DNA of 64,000 bases. Origin: Terriglobia bacterium. GTDB lineage: Bacteria; Acidobacteriota; Terriglobia; Bryobacterales; Bryobacteraceae. The notes beneath the pieces are model-generated. The model was given only the letters and a program-made list of their open reading frames with translations. It did not search any database and was not told the origin of the DNA. Positions 28,141 to 36,006 of this stretch are shown here, one piece after another. Where the stretch lies: positions 12,909 to 76,908 of the forward strand of contig JAJPHS010000127.1 of assembly GCA_021325175.1 (NCBI GenBank), read 5' to 3'. Numbering within the stretch: the stretch's first letter is position 1; each line of letters opens with the position of its first letter. The position numbers were made by a program, and so were the translations under genes.

Positions 28141-29179
28141 GCCAGCACATGACGGCTGCGGTGCTGTATGGAAAAGAGCACTTGCAGATCGAACGGGTCG
28201 ATGTGCCCCGCATTGGGCCGGCGACGTGCTGGTGCGCGTGCGCGCAGCGTTAACCTGCGGAACCGACGTGAAGGTTTTTCGCCGCGGATATCATGCGCGG
28301 ATGATCGTCCCGCCGGCCCTGTTCGGGCACGAGCTGGCCGGCGATATCGTAGAAATGGGCGCGGATGTTCGCGGATTCAAGCTCGGCCAGCGCGTGGTGG
28401 CGGCCAATTCGGCGCCCTGCGGGCAGTGCTTTTTTTGCCGGCGCGGGCAGGACAATCTGTGTGAGGATCTGCTGTTCAACAACGGCGCCTACGCCGAATA
28501 TATTCGCATTCCGCAGCGCATCGTCGAGAAAAATATGTACGAGGTGCCCGAGCACGTCTCCTATCAGGACGCGGCGCTGGTGGAGCCGCTCGCCTGCGTG
28601 CTGCGCGGCCTGGAGGAATCCGGGGTGCGGGAGGGCGATACCATCGCCATCATCGGCCTGGGGCCCATCGGGATGATGTTCGTACGCCTGGCCAAGGCAG
28701 TCTACGGCGCGCGCGTGATCGCCGTCGGGCGCCGCCAGCCGCAGCTCGATCGGGCGCGGAAGATGGGCGCCGATGAAGTGGTGATCAACAGCGAAGGCGC
28801 GGACGCGCTCGGCGCGGTTCACGAAATCACCGGCGGGCACGGCGCCGACGTGGTGATTGAAGCGGTGGGTTTGCCGGAAGTGTGGCAGCTCGCAATCAAG
28901 ATGCTGCGCCGCGGGGGCGTGGTGAATTTTTTCGGCGGCTGCCCGAGCGGAACCGAAATCCGGCTCGACACCAATCTGCTGCATTATTCCGAACTGACCT
29001 GCAAGGCGAGTTTTCATCACACGCCGGCGCTGATCCGCAAAGCGCTGGAGATCGTGACGCGCGGCTATGTTTCGGCCAAGGATCTGGTAAACCGGGTCGA
29101 GCCGCTGGCCAATCTGCTCGAGGTGATGCAGCACCTGATGAGTCACAACGGACATTTGAAGACGGCGATCATTCCGTAG
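28137..29179 (+). pseudogene. Second Zn-dependent alcohol/polyol dehydrogenase, interrupted by an apparent 1-nt deletion near 28220 (or a sequence error)
   Basis: ATG 28137 (ATGA overlap with the upstream stop) encodes MSQHMTAAVLYGKEHLQIERVDVPRIGP, then hits a stop. The conserved continuation GDVLVRVRAALTCGTDVK... is in the frame of track ORF 28226..29179. The junction falls in CCGG(G)CGAC. Confidence 0.7.
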
Positions 29180-29182
29180 GCC

Positions 29183-30094
29183 GTGTTTCTCCCGCCGGTT
29201 TCTTTTCTCAAATCCGATGGTGCCAGGCGCTGCTGGAATCTTGACGAATCGCTCCGGTACACGCGCTGGCTGGCGACGCATCACTACGAAAATTTCCACG
29301 TCGTAAGTTTTCTTTTGCCCAAGCGCCTGCATCAGGATTTTTATAACGTCTACTCGTTTTGCCGCTGGGCGGACGATTTAGGCGACGAACTCGGCGACAC
29401 GGCCGAGAGCCTGAAGCAGCTAGCCTGGTGGCGCGCGGAGCTGCACAGGATGTACGCCGGGTCGGCTTCTCACCCCGTCTTCGTCGCTTTGCAGGGAACT
29501 GCGGCGCGCCATGCACTGCCGGTTGAGCCGTTCGACGATCTGATCACCGCGTTCGAGCGCGATCAGACCAAAACTCGTTATCGCGACTGGGACGAAGTGT
29601 TTGAATACTGCAAGTATTCGGCGAATCCGGTGGGACGGCTGGTGCTGGGACTTTGTGGATACCACGATGCAAAAAGATACGAACTCTCCGATGCGACCTG
29701 CACCGCCCTTCAGCTTGCCAACTTCTGGCAGGATGTAACCATCGATTGGGAAAAAGACCGCGTGTATCTTCCGCTTCACCTGTTCGAGCAGCACGGCTGC
29801 CCGCTCGAGGCGATCGCGCAGAGAATATACGATGAGCGATTTCGCGCGGTGATGAAGGACGCGGTCGAGGTCGCGCGCGGGCTGTTTTTAAAAGGCCTGC
29901 CGCTGGCGGAAATGGTCAGCCGGAGGCTCGCCATCGATGTTGAGCTGTTCAGCCGCGGCGGGATGAAAGTGCTCGAAAAGATCGAGCGCCAGGGTTACAA
30001 CGTGCTGGCCGCGCGGCCGGCGATTTCGAAAGTAGAGCGGATCGCTTTGCTGCTCGGCGCCATCCGCCGCCGGGCATTTTCACGCGCGGCATGA
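29183..30094 (+). CDS. hpnC: Squalene synthase HpnC (hydroxysqualene synthase)
   Basis: HYENFHVVSFLLPKRL and CRWADDLGDE (Asp-rich motif), phytoene/squalene synthase fold. Lies next to hpnD. Confidence 0.85.
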   Translation: MFLPPVSFLKSDGARRCWNLDESLRYTRWLATHHYENFHVVSFLLPKRLHQDFYNVYSFCRWADDLGDELGDTAESLKQLAWWRAELHRMYAGSASHPVFVALQGTAARHALPVEPFDDLITAFERDQTKTRYRDWDEVFEYCKYSANPVGRLVLGLCGYHDAKRYELSDATCTALQLANFWQDVTIDWEKDRVYLPLHLFEQHGCPLEAIAQRIYDERFRAVMKDAVEVARGLFLKGLPLAEMVSRRLAIDVELFSRGGMKVLEKIERQGYNVLAARPAISKVERIALLLGAIRRRAFSRAA

Positions 30095-30933
30095 ACGTCG
30101 AGAAATCCTATGCCTGGTGCGCTCGCCTGGCGCGGTCACAGGCCAAGAATTTTTATTATTCCTTTCTTTTGCTGAGCCCGGAAAAGCGGCGGGCGATGTG
30201 CGCCATCTACGCTTTTATGCGCTACTGCGACGACCTGAGCGACGCCGAGGGCATAGCCGATCGCGCCGCAGCGATTGCGAAATGGGAGCAGGACTTGCGC
30301 GCCGCGCTCGATGGCGCGGCTCCGGAGCATCCGCTATGGCCGGCCTTCGCCGACGCCGCGGCGCGTTTTAATATTCCGCGGCGCTATTTCTTCGAAATGA
30401 TCAAGGGCGTCAGCTCCGATCTCGAGCCGCGCAGGATCCAAACCTTCGACGAGCTGTACGATTACTGCTACCATGTGGCCAGCGTCGTGGGCCTGACGAT
30501 CATTCATATTTTTGGCTTCGATGGCGAAGACTCGCTGGATCTTGCCGAAAAATGCGGTGTTGCGTTTCAGTTGACGAATATTTTGCGCGACATCGGCGAG
30601 GATGCCGCGCGCGGCCGGGTGTACTTGCCGGCCGAGGATTTTCGAAAATTTGGCGTCTCGCCGGAGACGTTTGAGCCGCGCGAGAAATTTTTGGAACTGA
30701 TGGCCTTTGAAGCCGGGCGGGCGCGCCGCTATTACCGCGAATCGGCGCCACTGATCGGGCGAATCCACGCCTCCAGCCGGGCTTCGCTGCGCGCGCTGAT
30801 CGGAATCTACTCGCGCCTGCTGGAGCGGATTGTCGAATCGAACTACGACGTGCTCGAGCGGCGCATTCGCGTGCCGAACTGGGAAAAAATCCGGGTGCTG
30901 GTGGCGGCGCGCTGGGGAGTCAAACCCGTATGA
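30091..30933 (+). CDS. hpnD: Presqualene diphosphate synthase HpnD
   Basis: ATGA overlap with hpnC. NFYYSFLLL, YAFMRYCDDLSD and NILRDIGEDAARGRVYLP motifs. Confidence 0.88.
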   Translation: MNVEKSYAWCARLARSQAKNFYYSFLLLSPEKRRAMCAIYAFMRYCDDLSDAEGIADRAAAIAKWEQDLRAALDGAAPEHPLWPAFADAAARFNIPRRYFFEMIKGVSSDLEPRRIQTFDELYDYCYHVASVVGLTIIHIFGFDGEDSLDLAEKCGVAFQLTNILRDIGEDAARGRVYLPAEDFRKFGVSPETFEPREKFLELMAFEAGRARRYYRESAPLIGRIHASSRASLRALIGIYSRLLERIVESNYDVLERRIRVPNWEKIRVLVAARWGVKPV

Positions 30934-31802
30934 AAATCGCATTCCTGGGATTGGGAAAAATGGGCGCGGGCATGGCCCGCAATTTAATCCGCGCCGGGCA
31001 CGAGCTGACGCTTTATAACCGCAGTATCGAAAAAGCGCGAGAGATCACGGGCGCGCGCGTGGCGGATTCTCCGGCCGAGGCCTGCCGCGATGCGGAAGCG
31101 GCCATTTCCATGCTCGCCGACGATCACGCGGTGGAGGTTGTCGTTTGCGGCGACCGCGGGATCGCGGCCGGACTCCCGGAAGGCGCGGCGCACATCTGCT
31201 CCGCCACCATCAGCACCGCCATGGCGCGGCGCCTCACCGCGCTTCATGAGAACCGGCGCCAGGCTTATCTCAGCGCGCCGGTGTTCGGACGTCCCCAGGC
31301 GGCGGAGGCCAAGAAGCTGATCGTCGTTCCGGCCGGATCGCGCGAGCGGATCGAAAAATTCGAGCCGCTGTTTGAGGCCATAGGAGGCGCCACGTTCATT
31401 GCTGGCAGCGAGCCGTGGCAGGCGAACGCGGTTAAGCTGTGCGGCAATTTCATGATCGCGTCGATGCTCGAAGCGTTTAGCGAAGCCTTCGCGACGCTGC
31501 GCAAGGCCGGGGTCGATCCCGGCAAATTCCTGGAGATTGTGAACGCGCTTTTCCAGTCTCCTGTTTATGCCAATTACGGCCAGCTCATTGTCGAGGAAAA
31601 ATTCGAGCCGGCCGGATTTGCACTCAAGCTGGGTCTAAAGGACGTGCGGCTGGTGCTTCAAACCGCCGAAGAGATGGCTTCGCCCATGCCGCTGGCCAGC
31701 GCCATTCGCGATCGTTTCCTGGAGGCGATGGCTCATGCGCAGGCGGAAATGGATTGGTCGAGCGTGGCCAAATCAGCGGCACGGCAGGCCGGTCTGACCT
31801 GA
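30930..31802 (+). CDS. NAD(P)-dependent oxidoreductase, HIBADH/6-phosphogluconate dehydrogenase-like, translationally coupled to hpnD
   Basis: ATGA overlap with the hpnD stop. Rossmann motif FLGLGKMGAGMA. 290 aa. Paralogous in type to 742..1638. Confidence 0.85.
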   Translation: MKIAFLGLGKMGAGMARNLIRAGHELTLYNRSIEKAREITGARVADSPAEACRDAEAAISMLADDHAVEVVVCGDRGIAAGLPEGAAHICSATISTAMARRLTALHENRRQAYLSAPVFGRPQAAEAKKLIVVPAGSRERIEKFEPLFEAIGGATFIAGSEPWQANAVKLCGNFMIASMLEAFSEAFATLRKAGVDPGKFLEIVNALFQSPVYANYGQLIVEEKFEPAGFALKLGLKDVRLVLQTAEEMASPMPLASAIRDRFLEAMAHAQAEMDWSSVAKSAARQAGLT

Positions 31803-31810
31803 CCCGTAAT

Positions 31811-31831
31811 ATCCGGCCGGGCGCGGATTTT
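31811..31831 (+). terminator. Weak candidate intrinsic terminator after the hopanoid operon
   Basis: ATCCG (31811-31815) pairs with CGGAT (31824-31828), followed by TTTT. The stem is short, so support is low. Confidence 0.3.
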
Positions 31832-31878
31832 CCGCTCCACAAATCGAACTGCGGCCAAGGAGCGCGCCGAGCTCTCGC

Positions 31879-32064
31879 TCAGCCATGTCCCAGGTACATC
31901 AGCCAGCCGAGCGCGAAAATCGCAACCACGAAATAACCGAAGCAGTATGCGGCATAGCGCAGCCGCTCGCGATCGGTGCGCTTGCTGATGATTCCCAGCA
32001 CGATCGACGTAAGCAAAGCGAACAGCAGCGACGCCTCAAAGTGCGACAGCTTCATCTTCGGCAT
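31879..32064 (-). CDS. Small membrane protein (61 aa, two predicted TM helices)
   Basis: MPKMKLSHFEASLLFALLTSIVLGII ... YFVVAIFALGWLMYLG. Its start shares one nucleotide with the upstream stop (TGATG). Confidence 0.45.
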   Translation of the reverse strand: MPKMKLSHFEASLLFALLTSIVLGIISKRTDRERLRYAAYCFGYFVVAIFALGWLMYLGHG

Positions 32065-32468
32065 CAGTCTTTCCTTCCTGTCGCGATTTCATAGGCGTCC
32101 ACCATGGCCAGAATATTCAGCAGACCGGCCGCGACCAGAAATTTCGTTCCGTAATCGTGCACATGGCCGGCCATATCGGGCTGTTCATAGCCGAAGGCGC
32201 GAGCCAACAGAAAAAGCACGCCGCTCATCAGGTCGCCAATGAAACCGCCGCAATAGATCACCGTGGTCAGCAGGTCGCCCGTCTGCCACTGAAACATCGC
32301 GCCGCGCATCATCAGTCCGAGCAGGAACATCAGCGCCACGCACGCCGCCAAAATGGCTCCGCGCCCCGGACGTTTCAGAAGAAAATGGCCGCCGCCGGGG
32401 ATAAACCAGCCCAGCGCGACCACCGGGATCCAATTGCGCGGGGGCGCCGCTGCTTTCAATTCCGCCAT
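32064..32468 (-). CDS. Multi-pass membrane protein of unknown function
   Basis: 134 aa with 3-4 hydrophobic helices (WIPVVALGWFIPGGGHFLL...). Confidence 0.6.
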   Translation of the reverse strand: MAELKAAAPPRNWIPVVALGWFIPGGGHFLLKRPGRGAILAACVALMFLLGLMMRGAMFQWQTGDLLTTVIYCGGFIGDLMSGVLFLLARAFGYEQPDMAGHVHDYGTKFLVAAGLLNILAMVDAYEIATGRKD

Positions 32469-32561
32469 GAAATCCCATCTTAACGCATCGTGCGATACTC
32501 AATAAATCGGCGGCGCCCCTGAGGCCATGCGCGGAGCCCGCCGCCAACGTTCGCGTCAAAA

Positions 32562-33404
32562 TTGATGCTGTCACAACTGATCAGGCCGGAGTTGTGGATG
32601 GAGTGGGCCGAGCGCGGCATCCGCGTCATGGTCATCCTGATGCTCGCCTGGATTTTCAGCCGCGTCACCGGCCGCCTGCTGGCCGAGTTCCGTAATTACA
32701 CCCTGCGGATCATCGACCGGCGTCACGAAGGCTCCACGTATGAGATGGAAAAGCGCGCGACCACGCTGATTTCGGTGCTGACCAAAATTTCCACGCTGCT
32801 GATCTGGCTGATCGCGCTGGTGATGGCGCTGAGCGAGATGAATTTTCGAATCGAACCTTTGCTTGCCGGCTTCGGCATCGCCGGCATCGCCGTGGGACTT
32901 GGCGCGCAGACACTCGTTAAGGATTGGCTTGGCGGGCTATTTATTTTGCTGGAGGATCAACTGCGCATCGGCGACGGCGTGGTGATCAATGGAATCTCAG
33001 GATCGGTGGAGGAGATCAATCTCCGCACCACGATCCTGCGCGGCGAAAATGGCGCGGTGCATGTGATCGCCAACGGCTCCATCACCACACTTTCCAATCT
33101 GACGCGCGAATATTCCTATTATGTGTTCGAAACGACGCTGGCCCACTCGGCCGACGTGGACAAAGCGCTGGCAATCCTCGAAGCCGCCGGCTCGGATTTG
33201 GCCGCCGATGGCATCTTCGGCCCGCTGATTCTTTCGCCGATGGAGGTGATGGGCATCGACCGCCTGGCCGAGCGCGGCGTCACGGTGAAGGCGCGGATTA
33301 AAACGCTTCCCTCCAAGCAGGCCGCCGTCGGACGTGAATTGAATCGCCGCGTGAAGCTCGCGCTGGCCCGAGCGGGAATCGATTTTCCGCCGGTAACGCG
33401 CTGA
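32562..33404 (+). CDS. Mechanosensitive ion channel (MscS family)
   Basis: Three N-terminal TM helices, then LVKDWLGGLFILLEDQLRIGDGVVINGISGSVEEINLRTT (MscS beta-domain signature). Confidence 0.87.
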   Translation: MMLSQLIRPELWMEWAERGIRVMVILMLAWIFSRVTGRLLAEFRNYTLRIIDRRHEGSTYEMEKRATTLISVLTKISTLLIWLIALVMALSEMNFRIEPLLAGFGIAGIAVGLGAQTLVKDWLGGLFILLEDQLRIGDGVVINGISGSVEEINLRTTILRGENGAVHVIANGSITTLSNLTREYSYYVFETTLAHSADVDKALAILEAAGSDLAADGIFGPLILSPMEVMGIDRLAERGVTVKARIKTLPSKQAAVGRELNRRVKLALARAGIDFPPVTR

Positions 33405-33409
33405 CTGGC

Positions 33410-34102
33410 TTACGCCGCTTCGCCGGATTCTTCGACCACTCGTCCGTCGAATAGATGAATGTTGCGATCGGCGTAGCGCGCATAGCGCGGATCGTGCGTC
33501 ACCATGCAGATGGTCGCGCCGCCGCGATGCAGTTCGCGCAGCAGATCCATTACGGCCTCGCCGTTTGCCGAATCCAGGTTTCCGGTGGGCTCGTCCGCGA
33601 GCAAGATGGAGGGATCGCCGGCCAAAGCTCGGGCCACCGCAACGCGCTGCTGCTGGCCGCCGGAGAGCTGCGACGGATAATGCTTCACCCGATGCGACAT
33701 CCCGACCCGTTCCAGAGCTTCATGCACGCGCTTTTTCCGTTCCGCGCTCGGCATGCCGCGATAGGTGAGCGGCAGCTCCACGTTTTCATATACGGTGAGA
33801 TCGCCGATCAGATTGAATGCCTGGAAAATAAAGCCGATTTCGCGGTTGCGGATGCGCGCCCGCTCGCTCAGCTTCAGGTTCTGGACCGGTTTGCCGTTCA
33901 GGATGTAGGCGCCGCTGGTGGGCGAATCGAGAAGGCCGAGGATCGCAAGCAGCGTCGATTTGCCGCAGCCTGAAGGTCCCGCGATGGAAAGATACTCGCC
34001 CTTCTGAATGTCCAGGTGTATCCCCGCCAGGGCGTGCGTTTCCACTTCATCCGTCGTGAAAACCTTGGTCACGCCTTCAAGATGAATCAATGCTTCGGAC
34101 AT
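33410..34102 (-). CDS. ABC transporter ATP-binding protein (MacB/LolD/DevA type)
   Basis: Walker A GPSGCGKST, signature LSGGQQQRVAVARAL, Walker B ILLADEPTGNLD. Confidence 0.92.
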   Translation of the reverse strand: MSEALIHLEGVTKVFTTDEVETHALAGIHLDIQKGEYLSIAGPSGCGKSTLLAILGLLDSPTSGAYILNGKPVQNLKLSERARIRNREIGFIFQAFNLIGDLTVYENVELPLTYRGMPSAERKKRVHEALERVGMSHRVKHYPSQLSGGQQQRVAVARALAGDPSILLADEPTGNLDSANGEAVMDLLRELHRGGATICMVTHDPRYARYADRNIHLFDGRVVEESGEAA

Positions 34103-34141
34103 TTTTCCCCTTTTCCGCCCCCGCCCGTTACGGCCGCGGCT

Positions 34142-35395
34142 TTAATTCAGTCGAATACGCGGATTTTGATCCTGCGCCGACATGTCGGACAAAATCACCT
34201 GATCGCCCACCTTCAATCCTTCCAGCACCTCGATGGTGTTGACCGAGCTGCGCCCCAGCTTCACCTGCGTGCGCGTGGCGCCCTTGCCATCCTCGTCGAG
34301 CTTAAACAGGCTCACCACGCTGTTTTCCTGGCCGAACACCGGACGGCCAACGTAAACCACGTTATCCAGCCGCGAAATTTCGATGGTGCCATCCACGCTT
34401 AAATCCGGCACGGCGCCCGGAGGCAGCGGACCATCCAATTTGCAATCCACCGTTCGAGTGCCATTCACAATAGACGCATCGATTCGAATTACGTGCCCTG
34501 GAACAATTCCGTTCCGTGTATCTATTTCCGCTTTCTGCCCCAGCGCGATATCCTTCGCCTGAGTTTCGGCTATTTGCAGCCGCGCCATCAATTTTTGCGG
34601 CGAAGCGACCTTGGCGAGCACGTCGCCAGGCTTCACTTTCTGCCCCACTTGCAGCGTCATTTCCTGAACTTTTCCGGAAATTCCCGCGCGAATGGTCAGC
34701 TCGTCGAACTGTTTTTTCTTCAAGGCGTACTGCGCTTTCAATTTTTCGATCGCGACCTGCTTCGATTCGATCTGGGCGTCGATTGAGTCCTTCATAATAT
34801 CGAGTTTTTCCTTCTCGATTTTGTACTTCGCCACCAGTTTCTCCCAATTCGCCTTGGAGATTTGCGCATCCATATCCGCTTTGAGATTGAGCTTGAGGAG
34901 CTGCTGATCACGGTCCTTGGTCAGTTCGGCCTGCTTCATATCGCTTTCCGTGCTCTCGACCACCGACTGCTGATCGAACTTCTGGCTTTCCAGCTTCACG
35001 CGCGTGTCCTGAAGATCGGCCTCGGCCTGCTTGATCTGCCATTCAAGATCGTTGGCGGCGACTTCCATATCCGGATTGGTTAATACCATGATGATCGTGT
35101 TGGGTTGCACCTCATCGCCGCCTTTTTTATCGATCCGCGCCACCTGGCTGTCGAATTGCGCAGGAATCCAGACGATATCCTCGGGAACCAGCGTTCCCAG
35201 GCCGCGGCGCTCGATCACGATCGGCCCGCGCTTCACCGAGTCAATCCAGACCGTTGCCCGCTCCACGGTAGGCGCGGCGGGTTTGAGCTTGGAAAGCTGC
35301 CAACTGATGGCTCCCACGGCGGCGAGTGTGATCACAACGATCACCGCCCGCTTGATCGCCTTTTTTCTCGCCACGCCTTCGCGCTTGACATCCAT
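34142..35395 (-). CDS. Efflux periplasmic adaptor (HlyD/MacA membrane-fusion family)
   Basis: N-terminal TM anchor, long coiled-coil hairpin, beta-barrel C-terminal part. 417 aa. Confidence 0.85.
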   Translation of the reverse strand: MDVKREGVARKKAIKRAVIVVITLAAVGAISWQLSKLKPAAPTVERATVWIDSVKRGPIVIERRGLGTLVPEDIVWIPAQFDSQVARIDKKGGDEVQPNTIIMVLTNPDMEVAANDLEWQIKQAEADLQDTRVKLESQKFDQQSVVESTESDMKQAELTKDRDQQLLKLNLKADMDAQISKANWEKLVAKYKIEKEKLDIMKDSIDAQIESKQVAIEKLKAQYALKKKQFDELTIRAGISGKVQEMTLQVGQKVKPGDVLAKVASPQKLMARLQIAETQAKDIALGQKAEIDTRNGIVPGHVIRIDASIVNGTRTVDCKLDGPLPPGAVPDLSVDGTIEISRLDNVVYVGRPVFGQENSVVSLFKLDEDGKGATRTQVKLGRSSVNTIEVLEGLKVGDQVILSDMSAQDQNPRIRLN

Positions 35396-35564
35396 AGGAA
35401 AGCCCCCAGTCTGGTTAGAATTTCGTCCGTAAACGGCGAACGCACGCCTTCTGCCATCCTATGTTACTGCAATAAGGTGGGTTCGGAAGAAGTCACTGTT
35501 CGTTCATGGGACGGCCTTGTGCGGAGCCGCTGAACGAGAGTTGCCGAACTGGGCCCTTTGGAAA

Positions 35565-35640
<76 letters not shown>

Positions 35641-35950
35641 TCGGGTGGGCAGCAACCATTTTCGCGCTCCAGCCTGCGATTGTCAAAGGTTCCTGCCCTT
35701 CCGCCGGCCGCAATGAAACGTAATGTGACTGTAACGCCTTAAACGGATGAATTATAAAATGTTCTGACTTTGGGAGGCTCCTTGCAATTTAATGAAATAA
35801 AAGGAAAATTGATTCAAAACTTGTTGTTGCCCGAAAGGCGATTTGTGCTAAGCTGAAAACCGTCGCCTGCAATCGGAGGGCGGCTCGGTGGGGCGACAGC
35901 AGAGCATTCGCAGCAGAAACTCCAAATCAGAGTTGCAACGTAACTCACAT

Positions 35951-35982
35951 ATTTCCACAGCTTGTGGAAATCTTGTGGGAAT
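35951..35982. promoter_or_regulatory. Cluster of three DnaA-box-like 9-mers directly upstream of dnaA (autoregulation and/or oriC element)
   Basis: ATTTCCACA (35951-35959), GCT, TGTGGAAAT (35963-35971) form a perfect 21-bp palindrome. TGTGGGAAT lies at 35974-35982. Compare the consensus TTATCCACA. Confidence 0.55.
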
Positions 35983-36006
35983 TTTGTTGTCGGGGAGCGA
36001 TTGAAA

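Noticed and set aside
35962-36006. TTG start at 35962 extending dnaA by 15 codons (MWKSCGNFVVGERLK).
   Set aside because: The extension is made of the DnaA-box palindrome itself and has no DnaA-like sequence. ATG 36007 gives a normal N-terminus.
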